From NCBI GenBank assembly GCA_934183045.1, contig CAKPRW010000001.1, positions 1 through 63,450 on the forward strand: a DNA stretch of 63,450 nucleotides, given 5' to 3'. The DNA comes from an uncultured Clostridia bacterium (lineage in GTDB: Bacteria > Bacillota > Clostridia > TANB77 > CAG-508). Below, one piece after another: positions 29,071 through 39,858 of this stretch. The translations under genes were made by a program, and so were the position numbers. Every line of letters starts with the position of its first letter. The stretch's first letter is position 1. Under the pieces are notes generated by a model. That model searched no databases. It was not told the DNA's origin and saw nothing but the letters and a program-made list of their open reading frames with translations.

Positions 29071-29099
29071 TAATATAAAATTAATTTAAGTAAAAAAAT

Positions 29100-29122
29100 A
29101 AAAATGTCAAATTGACATTTTT
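29100..29122. terminator. Bidirectional terminator between the DnaI-like gene and gyrA
   Basis: AAAAATGTCAA-A-TTGACATTTTT palindrome within A/T runs. Confidence 0.6.
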
Positions 29123-29141
29123 ATTTTTTATTTTAAAATTT

Positions 29142-31589
29142 TTATTCAATATCTGGTTTTAAAGTCTCTATACTTACTACTCTACCACCATCATTAGTTC
29201 TCATTAAAGTAACCCCTTGTGTTGATCTTCCTAATACACTAATATCTTTTACATTAATTCTAATTATTGTTCCTGTATCTGTTACTAGCATAACATCTTC
29301 ATCTTCATGTGCTACTCTTACTCCTACAATTTTTCCAGTTTTTGGTGTTATTTTATATGTAATTACACCTTTTCCACCTCTTATTTGTACTCTGTATTCA
29401 TCTAATTCTGTTCTTTTTCCAAATCCGTTTTCTGTAATTGCAAGTAATGTAGACTTATCTCCAGCTATTACTGATTCCATTCCTATTACTTCATCGTCAT
29501 CATCAAGTCTTATTCCTATAACACCTTGAGAAACTCTACCAATAGGTCTTACATCTTTTTCATCAAATGTAATACACATACCGTTTTTTGTTACTAATAC
29601 TATATTATCTTGTCCATCTGTTAATCTAACTTCTATTAATTCATCATTTTCCTTTAAAGTAATACCTTGTAAACCTGTTTTTCTTGTTGAGTTATATTCT
29701 GTTAAAGCTGTCTTTTTAATTAGTCCATTCTTTGTAGACATTAACAAGTATTTTCCCTCGGCAAAGTTTTGAATTGGAATAACTGCTGACACTTTTTCTC
29801 CTGGGTCTAAACTTAATAAATTAACGATTGCTGTTCCCTTAGCTGTTCTACCAGCTTCTGGAATCTCATAACCTCTTAATTTATATAATTTTCCTTTATT
29901 AGTAAAGAATAATATAGTATCATGAGTTGAAGCAATAAAGATTTGTTTAACAAAATCATCTTCTCTAGTAGTCATTCCTGTAATACCTTTTCCGCCTCTT
30001 TTTTGACTTCTATATGTATCAATTGGTAATCTCTTAATATATCCGAAATGTGTTAAAGTAATAACAGTTTGCTCTTCTTTTACTAAATCTTCAATATCAA
30101 TTTCTCCTTCAGCAGCTACAATTTTTGTCTTTCTTTCGTCACCAAATTTATCTCTTATTTCAATTAATTCTTCCTTAATTATGTCAAACACTAATCTTTC
30201 ACTACTTAAAATTTCTCTTAAGTGTGCTATTAACGCCATTAATTCATTATACTCATTTTCTATCTTTTCTCTTTGTAATCCTGATAATGTTTTTAATCTC
30301 ATATCAAGAATTGCTTGTGCTTGTATTTCAGATAAACCAAATCTTTCCATTAATCTTTCCCTAGCATCGTCATATGAAGAACGAATTATGTTAATAATTT
30401 CATCTATGTTGTCTAATGCTATCTTTAATCCTTCTAAAATATGAGCTCTAGCTAATGCTTTATCTAAATCAAATTGTGTTCTTCTTAAAATTACATCTTT
30501 TCTATGGTCTATATAACAATCTAAACATTGTCTTAAAGTTAATATTTTAGGTTCTCCATTTACTAATGCAAGCATTATAATACCAAAAGTTGTTTGCATT
30601 TGAGTATGCTTAAATAATTGATTTAAAACTACTTGTGCATTTGCATCTCTTTTTAATTCTATAACAACTCTTACTCTATCTTTTCTATCAGACTCATCTC
30701 TACATTCAGATATTCCTTCTACTTTCTTTTCTTTTGAAAGATCTGAAATAGTTTTAATTAAATTTGCTTTATTTACTTGGTATGGTAATGAAGAAACTAT
30801 TATTCTTTGTTTATTTCCACTCATTTCTTCTATTTCAGTTTCTGCTCTTAATGTAATTTTTCCTCTACCTGTTGTATAAGCTTGTTTTATTCCTTCCATT
30901 CCAAGAATGATACCTTCAGTTGGAAAGTCTGGACCTTTTATAACTGACATTAAATCTTCATCTGTAACTTCATCTTCATCAATGATTTTTATAATACCAT
31001 TAATAACTTCTGTTAAATTATGAGGTGGTATATTTGTTGCCATACCAACTGCTATTCCTGATGAACCATTAATTAAAAGTGCTGGTATTCTTGCTGGTAA
31101 TACCGTAGGTTCTTGTAATCTGTCGTCATAGTTTGGCATAAAGTTAACTGTATTTTTTTCTATATCTGTAAGCATGTATTCAGATATTTTTGACATTCTT
31201 GCTTCAGTATACCTCATTGCTGCGGCACCGTCTCCATCTACAGATCCGAAATTCCCATGTCCATCAATTAACATATATCTCATAGAGAAATCTTGTGCAA
31301 GTCTTACCATAGCATCATATACAGAACTATCTCCATGTGGATGATATCTTCCTAAAACAGATCCAACTGTATTTGCACATTTTCTATATGGTTTATCTGA
31401 TGTAATTCCATCTTCATGCATTGAATATAAAATTCTTCTATGTACAGGTTTTAAACCATCTCTTACATCTGGAAGTGCACGAGATACAATAACACTCATA
31501 GCATAATCTATATATGCTGTTCTCATCTCTTTTTCAATATCTCTTTCAATGATTTTTCCGTCGTTTCTTTCTTGTGGTCTATCTTCCAT
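29142..31589 (-). CDS. gyrA: DNA gyrase subunit A
   Basis: AMRYTE active-site Tyr region, the QRDR-like GRYHPHGDSSVYDAMV, and C-terminal beta-pinwheel repeats. Confidence 0.97.
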   Translation of the reverse strand: MEDRPQERNDGKIIERDIEKEMRTAYIDYAMSVIVSRALPDVRDGLKPVHRRILYSMHEDGITSDKPYRKCANTVGSVLGRYHPHGDSSVYDAMVRLAQDFSMRYMLIDGHGNFGSVDGDGAAAMRYTEARMSKISEYMLTDIEKNTVNFMPNYDDRLQEPTVLPARIPALLINGSSGIAVGMATNIPPHNLTEVINGIIKIIDEDEVTDEDLMSVIKGPDFPTEGIILGMEGIKQAYTTGRGKITLRAETEIEEMSGNKQRIIVSSLPYQVNKANLIKTISDLSKEKKVEGISECRDESDRKDRVRVVIELKRDANAQVVLNQLFKHTQMQTTFGIIMLALVNGEPKILTLRQCLDCYIDHRKDVILRRTQFDLDKALARAHILEGLKIALDNIDEIINIIRSSYDDARERLMERFGLSEIQAQAILDMRLKTLSGLQREKIENEYNELMALIAHLREILSSERLVFDIIKEELIEIRDKFGDERKTKIVAAEGEIDIEDLVKEEQTVITLTHFGYIKRLPIDTYRSQKRGGKGITGMTTREDDFVKQIFIASTHDTILFFTNKGKLYKLRGYEIPEAGRTAKGTAIVNLLSLDPGEKVSAVIPIQNFAEGKYLLMSTKNGLIKKTALTEYNSTRKTGLQGITLKENDELIEVRLTDGQDNIVLVTKNGMCITFDEKDVRPIGRVSQGVIGIRLDDDDEVIGMESVIAGDKSTLLAITENGFGKRTELDEYRVQIRGGKGVITYKITPKTGKIVGVRVAHEDEDVMLVTDTGTIIRINVKDISVLGRSTQGVTLMRTNDGGRVVSIETLKPDIE

Positions 31590-31624
31590 TTTTCTCCCTC
31601 TTTTCTTTATTTTTCTACATTTGT

Positions 31625-31653
31625 ATTATACTAAAATAGTATAAAATATGCAA
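31625..31653 (-). promoter_or_regulatory. Dedicated sigma-A-type promoter for gyrA
   Basis: On the minus strand: TTGCAT (31653-31648), a 17-nt spacer, then TATAAT (31630-31625), about 35 nt upstream of the gyrA ATG. Confidence 0.5.
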
Positions 31654-31709
31654 GTAAAAACCACTAAAAAGTAGAGATATCGGTTAAAACATTACATAAA
31701 AATATTGTC

Positions 31710-32432
31710 TTATTTTAATTTTTCTACCAATTCTAATTGTTCTTTACTTAAATTAAAATTTTGACCATTATTTTTTATTAAACTATGTAGCATTTCTATT
31801 GTTTTTGCTTCATTTATTGTTTTTTCTATTGGCGCAATATTGTTTAATTGTTTTTTTATTTTATTATATTCTTTTTCCATTCCTTCAAAATTTTTATTAT
31901 TAAAATACTCTTTCCAATTATCTATGTATTTATTTGTATATTCTATCGCTTCATATTGTTTATTAAATGTATTTTCTATATTACTTTCTATGCTATTTAA
32001 AATAGTATTCTTTCCCTGTTTTATTGTTTTAGCAATTGTATTATTAATTAATCCTTCTTTCCTTACCTTATCAACTACAGTATCCAATAAAGAAGACATT
32101 CCATCTATTAGTCCTCCTGTTTTTACAACCTCTTGCATTTGTGATACGGACTCAAAATTTCCAGTAAGAATGCCAACTGCGCTTTTTCCTAAATCAATTG
32201 TATCATCAATCGTCTTTGTAATCCCCTCCTTCAAACCATAATTTAATAAATTATCTTTTAAATTAATAACTTGATTATCTAAAAAATCTGGTAATACAGC
32301 TCTTATTCCCATATCTATTGCTGCATTAATTGTTTTTCCAAGAGTTGTTTCTAAAAATTGTTTTTGTGTTTCATTATTAATAGTATTATTTATTTCTATA
32401 TTATTGTCTTTTTCTAAATTATTTATTTCCAT
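31710..32432 (-). CDS. Hypothetical protein (helical, no recognisable motif)
   Basis: 240-aa ORF. ATG lies 6 nt after AGAAGGA. Amino-acid composition is normal, unlike the neighbouring array. Confidence 0.6.
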   Translation of the reverse strand: MEINNLEKDNNIEINNTINNETQKQFLETTLGKTINAAIDMGIRAVLPDFLDNQVINLKDNLLNYGLKEGITKTIDDTIDLGKSAVGILTGNFESVSQMQEVVKTGGLIDGMSSLLDTVVDKVRKEGLINNTIAKTIKQGKNTILNSIESNIENTFNKQYEAIEYTNKYIDNWKEYFNNKNFEGMEKEYNKIKKQLNNIAPIEKTINEAKTIEMLHSLIKNNGQNFNLSKEQLELVEKLK

Positions 32433-32449
32433 GTTATGTCCTTCTTTCT

Positions 32450-35400
32450 ATTTTTATTATTTTTTTATAATTAATTTTTCTTTTTTATAAAAATATAATT
32501 TATAAATTAATTATATTTTATAATCTAATAATTCTATATTTTTTATAATAATAATTTAATATATTTTTTATAAAAAAATATAAAATAATTAATTTATTAC
32601 AAAAATATCTTGCAAAATTCATAAAAATTTTAATAAAAAATTTTTCCATTTTTATTTATATACAATCTGATTTTCGACAATATGTAAACTTTTTTGATAT
32701 ATTTTTAAAGTCCTTTTATACTTCTCTGCTATCTTTCAAATACGTTTAATGCCTAATAGATTTTGATTTTAAAAATTAAAATTTGTTCTGTTTTTTCTAT
32801 ATTATTTCTAAAAAATTGATTGAAAATAAAAGTTTTGAGATAAATCTATATTTGATCAAAAGTTTATGATTTTCATAATTATATTTTTATATTAAAAATT
32901 ATAAATTTTTTATTTTATTATTTAACAATATTTTATTACTTTTACTTTTAATAATTACTAAATTTTCCTTTCTTCTATAATTTATTTTTATATAATTTTT
33001 TTAATTTAGTTTTTTATTAAATTATAATTTTATGAATTATTTTTTCATGCTCCTTAAATTTAACTTTTTGTTAATGCTATTTTTATATTAAATTATATTT
33101 TTTAATATTTTATTTATAAATTATTTAATTTTACAATTTTTATTTTATAATAATATAATTAATCAAGTAATTATATTTAAAATTTTAATATTTTAGATTT
33201 TTTGTTAATAATAATTTAAATATTTTTTTATTAAAATTAAAAATTATTTGTTAATTTCTAAAATATATTTTTAAAATTCATCATATTTTTTAATAAATTT
33301 TTCTTTTATCTTTAATACAAAACAACATGTGTCAGACAATATGTAAACCATTTTGACATATTTTTAATATCATCTTATATTTTTGCATTACTTCCTAAAT
33401 ATATTTAATGCCTAACAAATTTTAGTTTTAAGATTTTATATCTTATCTATTTTTTACATATTATTTTCAAAAAATTATTTAAAATGAAACTTTTTGAACA
33501 AATCAATACTGAATTAAAAATATTGGAATTTTTTTCAATTTATTTTCTTATTTTTAATTTTAAATTTTTCTCTTTTGTTTTTTTAATTATTTTTTTATAT
33601 TTTAAATTTATATTAAATATTTTTTATGTTTTAAAATTATTATTTTTATTATAGAATATTTTATATGTTTTTTTATCCTATTTTTATTATTTTATTTTAT
33701 AATTTTTATATAATTTATTATTTTTATTTTTTTACTTATAAATATTTTTATATTAATTATAATTTTATATTTCATTTATAAGTTATTTAATTTTACAACT
33801 TTATTTATGCTTTTTTATTTTTATAATATTAGAATAAATTTAGTATATTTTTTATTTATAGTAAAAAACATTATATCAATTTATAGAAAATATTTATAAA
33901 ATTCATAGAAATTATTATTAAAATATTTCTTGATTTTAGTCTCAATATATTCTTATTTTTGACAATATGTAAACTATTTAAATCTATTTAAAGTGCTTTT
34001 TAATATTTTTGTATAATTCTTCAAATACATTTAATGCCTAATAGTTTTGAATTTTTGAGTTTGTAATTTATAACAATTTTTCTATGTTTTTATAAAGATA
34101 TTGATTTATAGTAAAAATTTTAAGATAATGCTATACTATTAAAAAACTTTTTTGAAGTCTTTAATTTTCTTTTTTGATTTAATTTATAAGTTTTTTATTT
34201 TATTTTTTTATAATTATTGTTATTTTATATTTTAATAAAAAATATTTATTTTTTATTAGTAAATATTTTACATGTTTTTTATATTTTATATTTGTATTAT
34301 TTCTTTTTTTTAGTTATTATTGATTTATTATTTTTTAATTAACTTATTTTCTTATTATTTATTTTATATAATTTTTAAATTCGAATTTTTATTAATTAGT
34401 TTATTATATTAAATCATATTTTTAATATTTTATTTTCGACTTATTTATTTTTATAATTTAGATTTTTATAATATCAAATTTAATTTTTTAATCTTGTATT
34501 TTCATTAATAATAAATTTTATATTTTTTTACTAATTATAAAAAAATTGCTTATTAAAAATTTAAAATATATATTTAAAATTTTTAATACTTATATGCTTT
34601 TTTCTTTTTTATTCTTATTTCAATAGCATCCTTCTTTGGAAATATGTAAACCATTTTATATCTTTAAAAATTTCTTTTTATATTTTTTTCAATCTACCAA
34701 ACAGATTTAATGCCTAGTGAATATTAGTTTTTAAATTCTAAACTTTAGATACCTTTTCTTTATTTTTAAGATAATTTTGCTATATACTAAAAATTTTAAA
34801 TTAAATATATATTATATAAAAAATTTTTAAACTTTTATTTTAATTTTTATTTTCAAATTATTTTTTATTTATTTTTAATAATTTTTAATAATTTTTTATT
34901 CTTATTAAATCTTGAATAATTTTTTTATTTTATATTTTTTTGTGATAAATTTCTATTGCCAAATTTTTATTATTTAATTGTTTTTTTATGATTTTTTTAT
35001 TTTAATTTTTTATTAATTTATTTTTTTATATTAAATTATATTTTTAATATTTTATTTTCAAATTATTTATTTTTATTATTTATAATATTATAAATAATAA
35101 ACTAACAATTTTTTAAATATTGTATTTTTATTAATAATACTTTTAATATATTTTTTATTAATACAAAAAATCGTTTATCATTTTTTTATATTCTTCTAAA
35201 ATTTAAAGTAACTTTTAATAAAATTTTTTTTGATCCTTTAGTCAATATGATTTAATTATTAATAATATGTAAACCATTTTCACTTATTTTAAATATCTTT
35301 TTATACTTTTCCATAATTCTTCAAATAGATTTAACGCCTAATAGATTTCAATTTTTAAATTTAAAGTTTAGATTAATTTTTCTATGTTTTTATAAGAAAT

Positions 35401-36345
35401 CTAATATATAATAAAAATTTTGAAATAAATTTTTATAATTTTCTTTTTCAATCTTAATTTTAAATTTTTTATAATTATTATTTTATTTTTCTATTCTTAA
35501 TTAATTTTTTAAAAAAATTCAACATTATTATTTTTATAATTAAGTATTTGATATTTTTTGTATATGATTTATTTTTTATTAATATAAATTTTTTCAATTT
35601 TATTTTTTACTAATTACTTTTTTATATGATTTATTTTTTTTATCAATTAATATTTTAATATTATTTATAATTGCATATTTTATTTATAAATTATTTAATT
35701 TTATAATTCACTTTATAATTTCTATTTTTATAATATTAAAATAAATTTATTAATTATTTTTTATGTTTTTGAATTTTATATTTTATTAAAAATATTTTTA
35801 CTCTTTTTTTATTAATTATAGAAATTTTTATACTACTTTTTAAAATCTCCTTTCAAAATTTTTAATAAAACATTTATCTTTTTTATTTCACTATATCTTA
35901 ATTTTCTATAATATGTAAACTGTTTTTATACACTCTAAATGCTTTTTTATGTTTTTATATAATTTCTTGAATAGATTTAATGCCTAATAGATTTCAATTT
36001 TTAAATTCGAAGTTTAGATCAATTTTTCTATCTTTTTATAAAAAGTCTGATCTACAATAAAATTTTTGAAATAAATATATACTGAATAAAAAAATTTTTT
36101 TAACACCTTCAATTTTATTTTTTATTTAGTTTTTATGTTTTTTATTTTTATTTTTGTTTATTATTTCTATTTTATATTTATTATTTTTTTATTATTAAAT
36201 ATTTAATATATTTTTTATATTTAATAATATAAAGATTTCAAATAAAAAATTTTTTATCAATTTGATATTTAAAATTATTTTATAATTTTGGTGTTTTTAT
36301 ATTAAAATATTAATTAATTTTTATTTTAATAACAATTAATTATTT
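32450..36345 (-). repeat. Tandem array of six degenerate, ORF-less copies (period 623-679 bp) of the 3' two-thirds of gene 36346..37422
   Basis: AATATGTAAAC occurs at 32679, 33338, 33964, 34641, 35264 and 35910 (genic copy at 36589). TTTAAYGCCTA occurs at 32745, 33404, 34030, 34706, 35330 and 35976 (genic copy at 36655). No ORF of 60 aa or more exists in any frame. Minus-strand translation of unit 6 gives LLGIKSIQEII*KHKKAFRVYKNSLHII, against LLGIKDLNQFIIKYANSFSEQKNSLHIV in the gene. Confidence 0.85.
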
Positions 36346-37422
36346 TTATATTATATTATTCTTTATCCTTAATTTTTTTATTTTATTTTTCAAACCATTA
36401 TTTTTTAATAAATGAAATAATAATACTTTTATTTTGATAATTAATTTTATTTTATTAAAATTAATTATATTAGTTTTATGATTTTTTGAAATTTTATTTA
36501 TATTAATTGAATATTTTTTTAATGAACAGTCTAAAACATGTATATAAATCTTTGCACTTATTGAATATAAATTTACTTTGTTACCCACAATATGTAAACT
36601 GTTTTTTTGTTCTGAAAAGCTATTGGCGTATTTTATTATAAATTGATTAAGATCTTTAATGCCTAGTAAATTTTCATTTGTATATATAATAATATCTGTC
36701 GTTTGCATTATAATTTGTTTGAAAAAAGTTCTATTCTTACAATTTTTAATTCTAATAAATATAATATCAAATTTCTTTTTTTCTTTATCTAAAAAATTTT
36801 TAATTTCATTTTTGTTTTTTATTTTAAAATTATTATAATAATAATTTTTAATTTTTATATTTTGAGAATAATTTACATTAATATTTTTATTATTATTTAT
36901 ATTTATTATTAATATTTTTTTATTTATCAAATATTTAATAATTGTTTTTATAATTAAATCATTTTTATCAATTTCTTCTCCACATATTAATATTATTTTT
37001 TTATTTATATTTTTATTTAAATTATTATTTTTAATGTTTTCTTTATTTGATATTTTTTCATTTTTTAAAATATTAAATATTATACTATAATTAATGTTTT
37101 TTAATTGATATACTTTTTTCAACCCTATTTCTTTTAAATTGTCATATTGTTTTTTTTCATTATTTTTTAATATAATTATTATTTCTATTTTGTTATTAAT
37201 TTCTTTTATATGTTTCACTAATTTTTCTAATTTTATTTTTCCTGGTATTTTACTATTAATTATAATTGTATCTATGTTTTTATTTTTTTCTAATATTTCT
37301 ATAATTGCTTCCCTATATTGAATATCTTTACTTATTACCTCATATTCGTTTCTTTGTTTTAATAATTGATTAATCTGAGGATTATTTAGTGCTGTTACTA
37401 TCTTCTTCTTTTTTTCCTTCAA
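36346..37422 (-). CDS. Hypothetical K/N/I-rich protein, last gene of the island operon and parent of the tandem array
   Basis: TTG start lies 4 nt after GAAAGGAAG and overlaps the VirB4-like gene by 41 nt. The overall layout (N-terminal about 140 aa plus C-terminal about 215 aa) faintly recalls receiver-like plus ParA/CpaE-like proteins, but no Walker A is visible. Confidence 0.5.
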   Translation of the reverse strand: MKEKKKKIVTALNNPQINQLLKQRNEYEVISKDIQYREAIIEILEKNKNIDTIIINSKIPGKIKLEKLVKHIKEINNKIEIIIILKNNEKKQYDNLKEIGLKKVYQLKNINYSIIFNILKNEKISNKENIKNNNLNKNINKKIILICGEEIDKNDLIIKTIIKYLINKKILIININNNKNINVNYSQNIKIKNYYYNNFKIKNKNEIKNFLDKEKKKFDIIFIRIKNCKNRTFFKQIIMQTTDIIIYTNENLLGIKDLNQFIIKYANSFSEQKNSLHIVGNKVNLYSISAKIYIHVLDCSLKKYSININKISKNHKTNIINFNKIKLIIKIKVLLFHLLKNNGLKNKIKKLRIKNNII

Positions 37423-39211
37423 TAATCTTCCTTTCTAATTCAGAGCATTCTACCTTTGTTAATATATGATCTTCACTAACAAACATTAAGCACTCTCCTC
37501 TTTTTAAAGATTTAATTTCTATTTTCTCTTTTTCAGATAAATTAGAATATTCAGATAGAATTTTTATGTTCTCTTCTTCCAATGAGAAAAATGTTTTTAT
37601 GCTAGAATTATTTAATATACTTTTTCCATATGTTCCATTATCTAAGCTAAATATGTCAGAAATATCTTGAGTAATAGCTACCCCACTTCCACTGTATTTT
37701 CTTATAGTTTTAAAAATCTTATATATAAAACTAGCCACTTCTTTATTTGATGTTACTCCTATTAGTCTCCATATTTCATCTAAATATATTGCTTTTTTGT
37801 CCTTTCTATTTTCTTTTATTTTATCCCAAAAAATATCTGTAAAAAGATACATTCCATATTTTAAATTTTCTTCACCTAAATCATAAACATCAGCAATTAT
37901 TAAACTATTATCTAATTCTATGTTTGTATAATTGTTAAAAAATTTCATCGATCCCTTTACAAAAGGAATTAATTTAATTTGAAACCTTTTTGTTCTTTTA
38001 TCATTTCCAAGTATATTATATAAATCTTCTAGTATAGGCATATCTTTTGAATTTTTAAATATTTTCTTATTGTTTTTATTCTTTTCTTTATATAAAGTAT
38101 TATCATCAAATGTAATATTTTTTTCTTTATAAGTTTCTATTATTTTTTCCTCTATTAAAGCCTTTTCTTCTTCATCTAATTCTCCAAAAATCAAGTTGAA
38201 AAATCCTATTAATTTTCCTATTTTAGTAGCTAAATATCCACTCTCTCCATCTTCTATACTTTCTTTTCTAATATCTAAAATATTTATATATGTATTTGAA
38301 TTAGGTCCTATTTTTATTTGAGTTCCTTTTAATTCTTTACATAAATTACTATATTCTCTTTCTGGATCAATAACGTATTGCGTTATACCAAGTAACTTAT
38401 ACCTTAATATTAGTAGCTTCGTATAAAACGATTTTCCTGCTCCACTTGTACCAAAAATACACATATTCGCATTCTTATATTTTTGAGTATCATATCTGTC
38501 TATGAAAACTAAAGAATTATTATATATATTTGTTCCTATAAATATACCTTCCTGATCAAAAATCGTTGATGAAATGAAAGAATATGTTGAAATTAGTCCA
38601 CTTGTTAGTATATTTCTTCTAGCTGATCTTTTTATGAAATCTGGATTATTCATTAATGGTAAACATGATTTAAATAATTCTTCTTGTCTAAAATTTGCTC
38701 TAATTGTTTGCATTCCTTTACTTTGTGTTATTCCTTCAACCTTATTCAGAAAATACTCTAATTCCTTTATATCTTCTGAATATAAATTTATGTAAATATA
38801 TAAAAAATAAATATCTTCATTATTTATTTGAATTTCTTTTCTTATATATTTAGCATCATTATAAGTAAATGCAGCTATATCAATATCCTGTCTGTTTTGA
38901 TTTCCTTCTTTTAACTCCACACCTACATTTCCAATATGATAGGTTAAATCTTTAATTGTTTTATATGGATCTTGTTTTTCATAAAAAATTGATATATTCA
39001 TATTAATATTTGTATCTACTAATGTTTTTAACAATAAATCTGTTTGTTCTCTATAGTAATTCACTATAATTAATCCTGAATAATATAAATTATCAATTTC
39101 TAAATATTTTGGATTTTGAACATTTATATATGATGGACATATTTCATCTTTTAAGTTTAATACTCCATCTAGAAATTTATTTTCTTTCTTATTTAATTTA
39201 ATATTTTTTAT
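37382..39211 (-). CDS. VirB4-like T4SS ATPase (island paralogue)
   Basis: Walker A FGTSGAGKSF and Walker B AIYLDEIWRL. The frame is open up to stop 39245-39247. AAAGGAGGT is followed 6 nt later by ATA 39211 (ATT at 39202). The extension DEICPSYINVQNPKYLEIDNLYYSGLIIVNYYR aligns with ELIAPAGIDASHVDHLEIISNTKRYARSFFVSNLPR of ORF 60215. The track start GTG 39064 has no SD. Confidence 0.75.
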   Translation of the reverse strand: MKNIKLNKKENKFLDGVLNLKDEICPSYINVQNPKYLEIDNLYYSGLIIVNYYREQTDLLLKTLVDTNINMNISIFYEKQDPYKTIKDLTYHIGNVGVELKEGNQNRQDIDIAAFTYNDAKYIRKEIQINNEDIYFLYIYINLYSEDIKELEYFLNKVEGITQSKGMQTIRANFRQEELFKSCLPLMNNPDFIKRSARRNILTSGLISTYSFISSTIFDQEGIFIGTNIYNNSLVFIDRYDTQKYKNANMCIFGTSGAGKSFYTKLLILRYKLLGITQYVIDPEREYSNLCKELKGTQIKIGPNSNTYINILDIRKESIEDGESGYLATKIGKLIGFFNLIFGELDEEEKALIEEKIIETYKEKNITFDDNTLYKEKNKNNKKIFKNSKDMPILEDLYNILGNDKRTKRFQIKLIPFVKGSMKFFNNYTNIELDNSLIIADVYDLGEENLKYGMYLFTDIFWDKIKENRKDKKAIYLDEIWRLIGVTSNKEVASFIYKIFKTIRKYSGSGVAITQDISDIFSLDNGTYGKSILNNSSIKTFFSLEEENIKILSEYSNLSEKEKIEIKSLKRGECLMFVSEDHILTKVECSELERKIIEGKKEEDSNSTK

Positions 39212-39258
39212 CTCTCTACCTCCTTTTAAAATATTATTTAATAATTAATTTTTTATAT

Positions 39259-39858
39259 TTATTTTCTTTCATATATAGTATTTTTTATAATATTATTTAA
39301 ATTTTTTCTTGTGTTAAAAAATGAATTAAATAAATTTTTTATTTCTTTTTTACTATTAATTTCCATGACAAAATTTCCACATCTAAATAATGATTCTTTT
39401 ATTTTAAAATATTTTTCTTTTAAATCATTCTTAATAATTTCTTCATAATTATTAAATTGATTTTTTTTATTTATTTGATTTGATATGATGATATAAAAAT
39501 TTTTAGAAGAAGATTTCTTACTTAGATTAATTTCATTTATATATTTTATATAATCTTGTGATATTTCTTGTAAATATCTATTTTGCTTTTTATTTATATT
39601 TTTTTCTATATTTGAAATATGTGGATTTAAATTTTCCTTATTACTTTGAATTAAAATTTGAATATTAAAATTACATGTTTTTAAAAAAGTTTTGTAAGAA
39701 TTTAAAATAGCTTCTTTTTCTAAATCAGACTTTAAATTATAATTAATAGGAATTATTTTTAATATTTTAATATATCTATTATCTTTTAATTTTATAATTC
39801 CACTATTATAAATTTTTTCTATTGGTAACCATTCTTGAGTCGTTTTTTTCTTAATAAT
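39259..39858 (-). CDS. T4SS-associated protein, paralogue of the soluble part of ORF 59042..60190 (missed by the ORF track)
   Basis: A 199-codon open frame bounded by TAA 39873-39871 and TAA 39261-39259, translated by hand. It has no ATG/GTG/TTG until codon 160. GGAGGTG is followed 5 nt later by ATT-ATT (39858/39855). IPINYNLKSDLEKEAILNSYKTFLKTCNFNIQILIQS and KNFYIIIS match GINYDLMSGLEKNSVEQGFLQFLNTLRYPIQLYIQT and KNYYVIISY. Confidence 0.65.
   Translation of the reverse strand: MIKKKTTQEWLPIEKIYNSGIIKLKDNRYIKILKIIPINYNLKSDLEKEAILNSYKTFLKTCNFNIQILIQSNKENLNPHISNIEKNINKKQNRYLQEISQDYIKYINEINLSKKSSSKNFYIIISNQINKKNQFNNYEEIIKNDLKEKYFKIKESLFRCGNFVMEINSKKEIKNLFNSFFNTRKNLNNIIKNTIYERK

Noticed and set aside
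32450-36345. The repetitive ORF-free block considered as a CRISPR array, a shufflon/DGR-type variation cassette system, or orphan C-terminal toxin modules
   Set aside because: The units are 620-680 bp, not 25-40 bp repeats with spacers, and there are no cas genes. All units are direct rather than inverted. No recombinase or reverse transcriptase lies nearby. Every unit is riddled with stops in the homologous frame, so they cannot serve as expressible cassettes.
32679-36665. Plus-strand promoter-like hexamers inside each conserved core (for example TTGACA-17-TATATT in unit 2 and TTGATA-17-TATACT in unit 1), suggesting a family of antisense small RNAs
   Set aside because: Only 2 of 7 copies have a good -35. 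The -10-like TATAYT is expected by chance in DNA this AT-rich, and I found no conserved terminator downstream. The idea is kept only as something RNA-seq would settle.
39062-39064. GTG 39064 as the start of the island VirB4-like gene (track call)
   Set aside because: It has no SD, and it removes about 49 codons that align with the conserved N-terminus of the cluster-B VirB4. The frame is open upstream to a strong SD.
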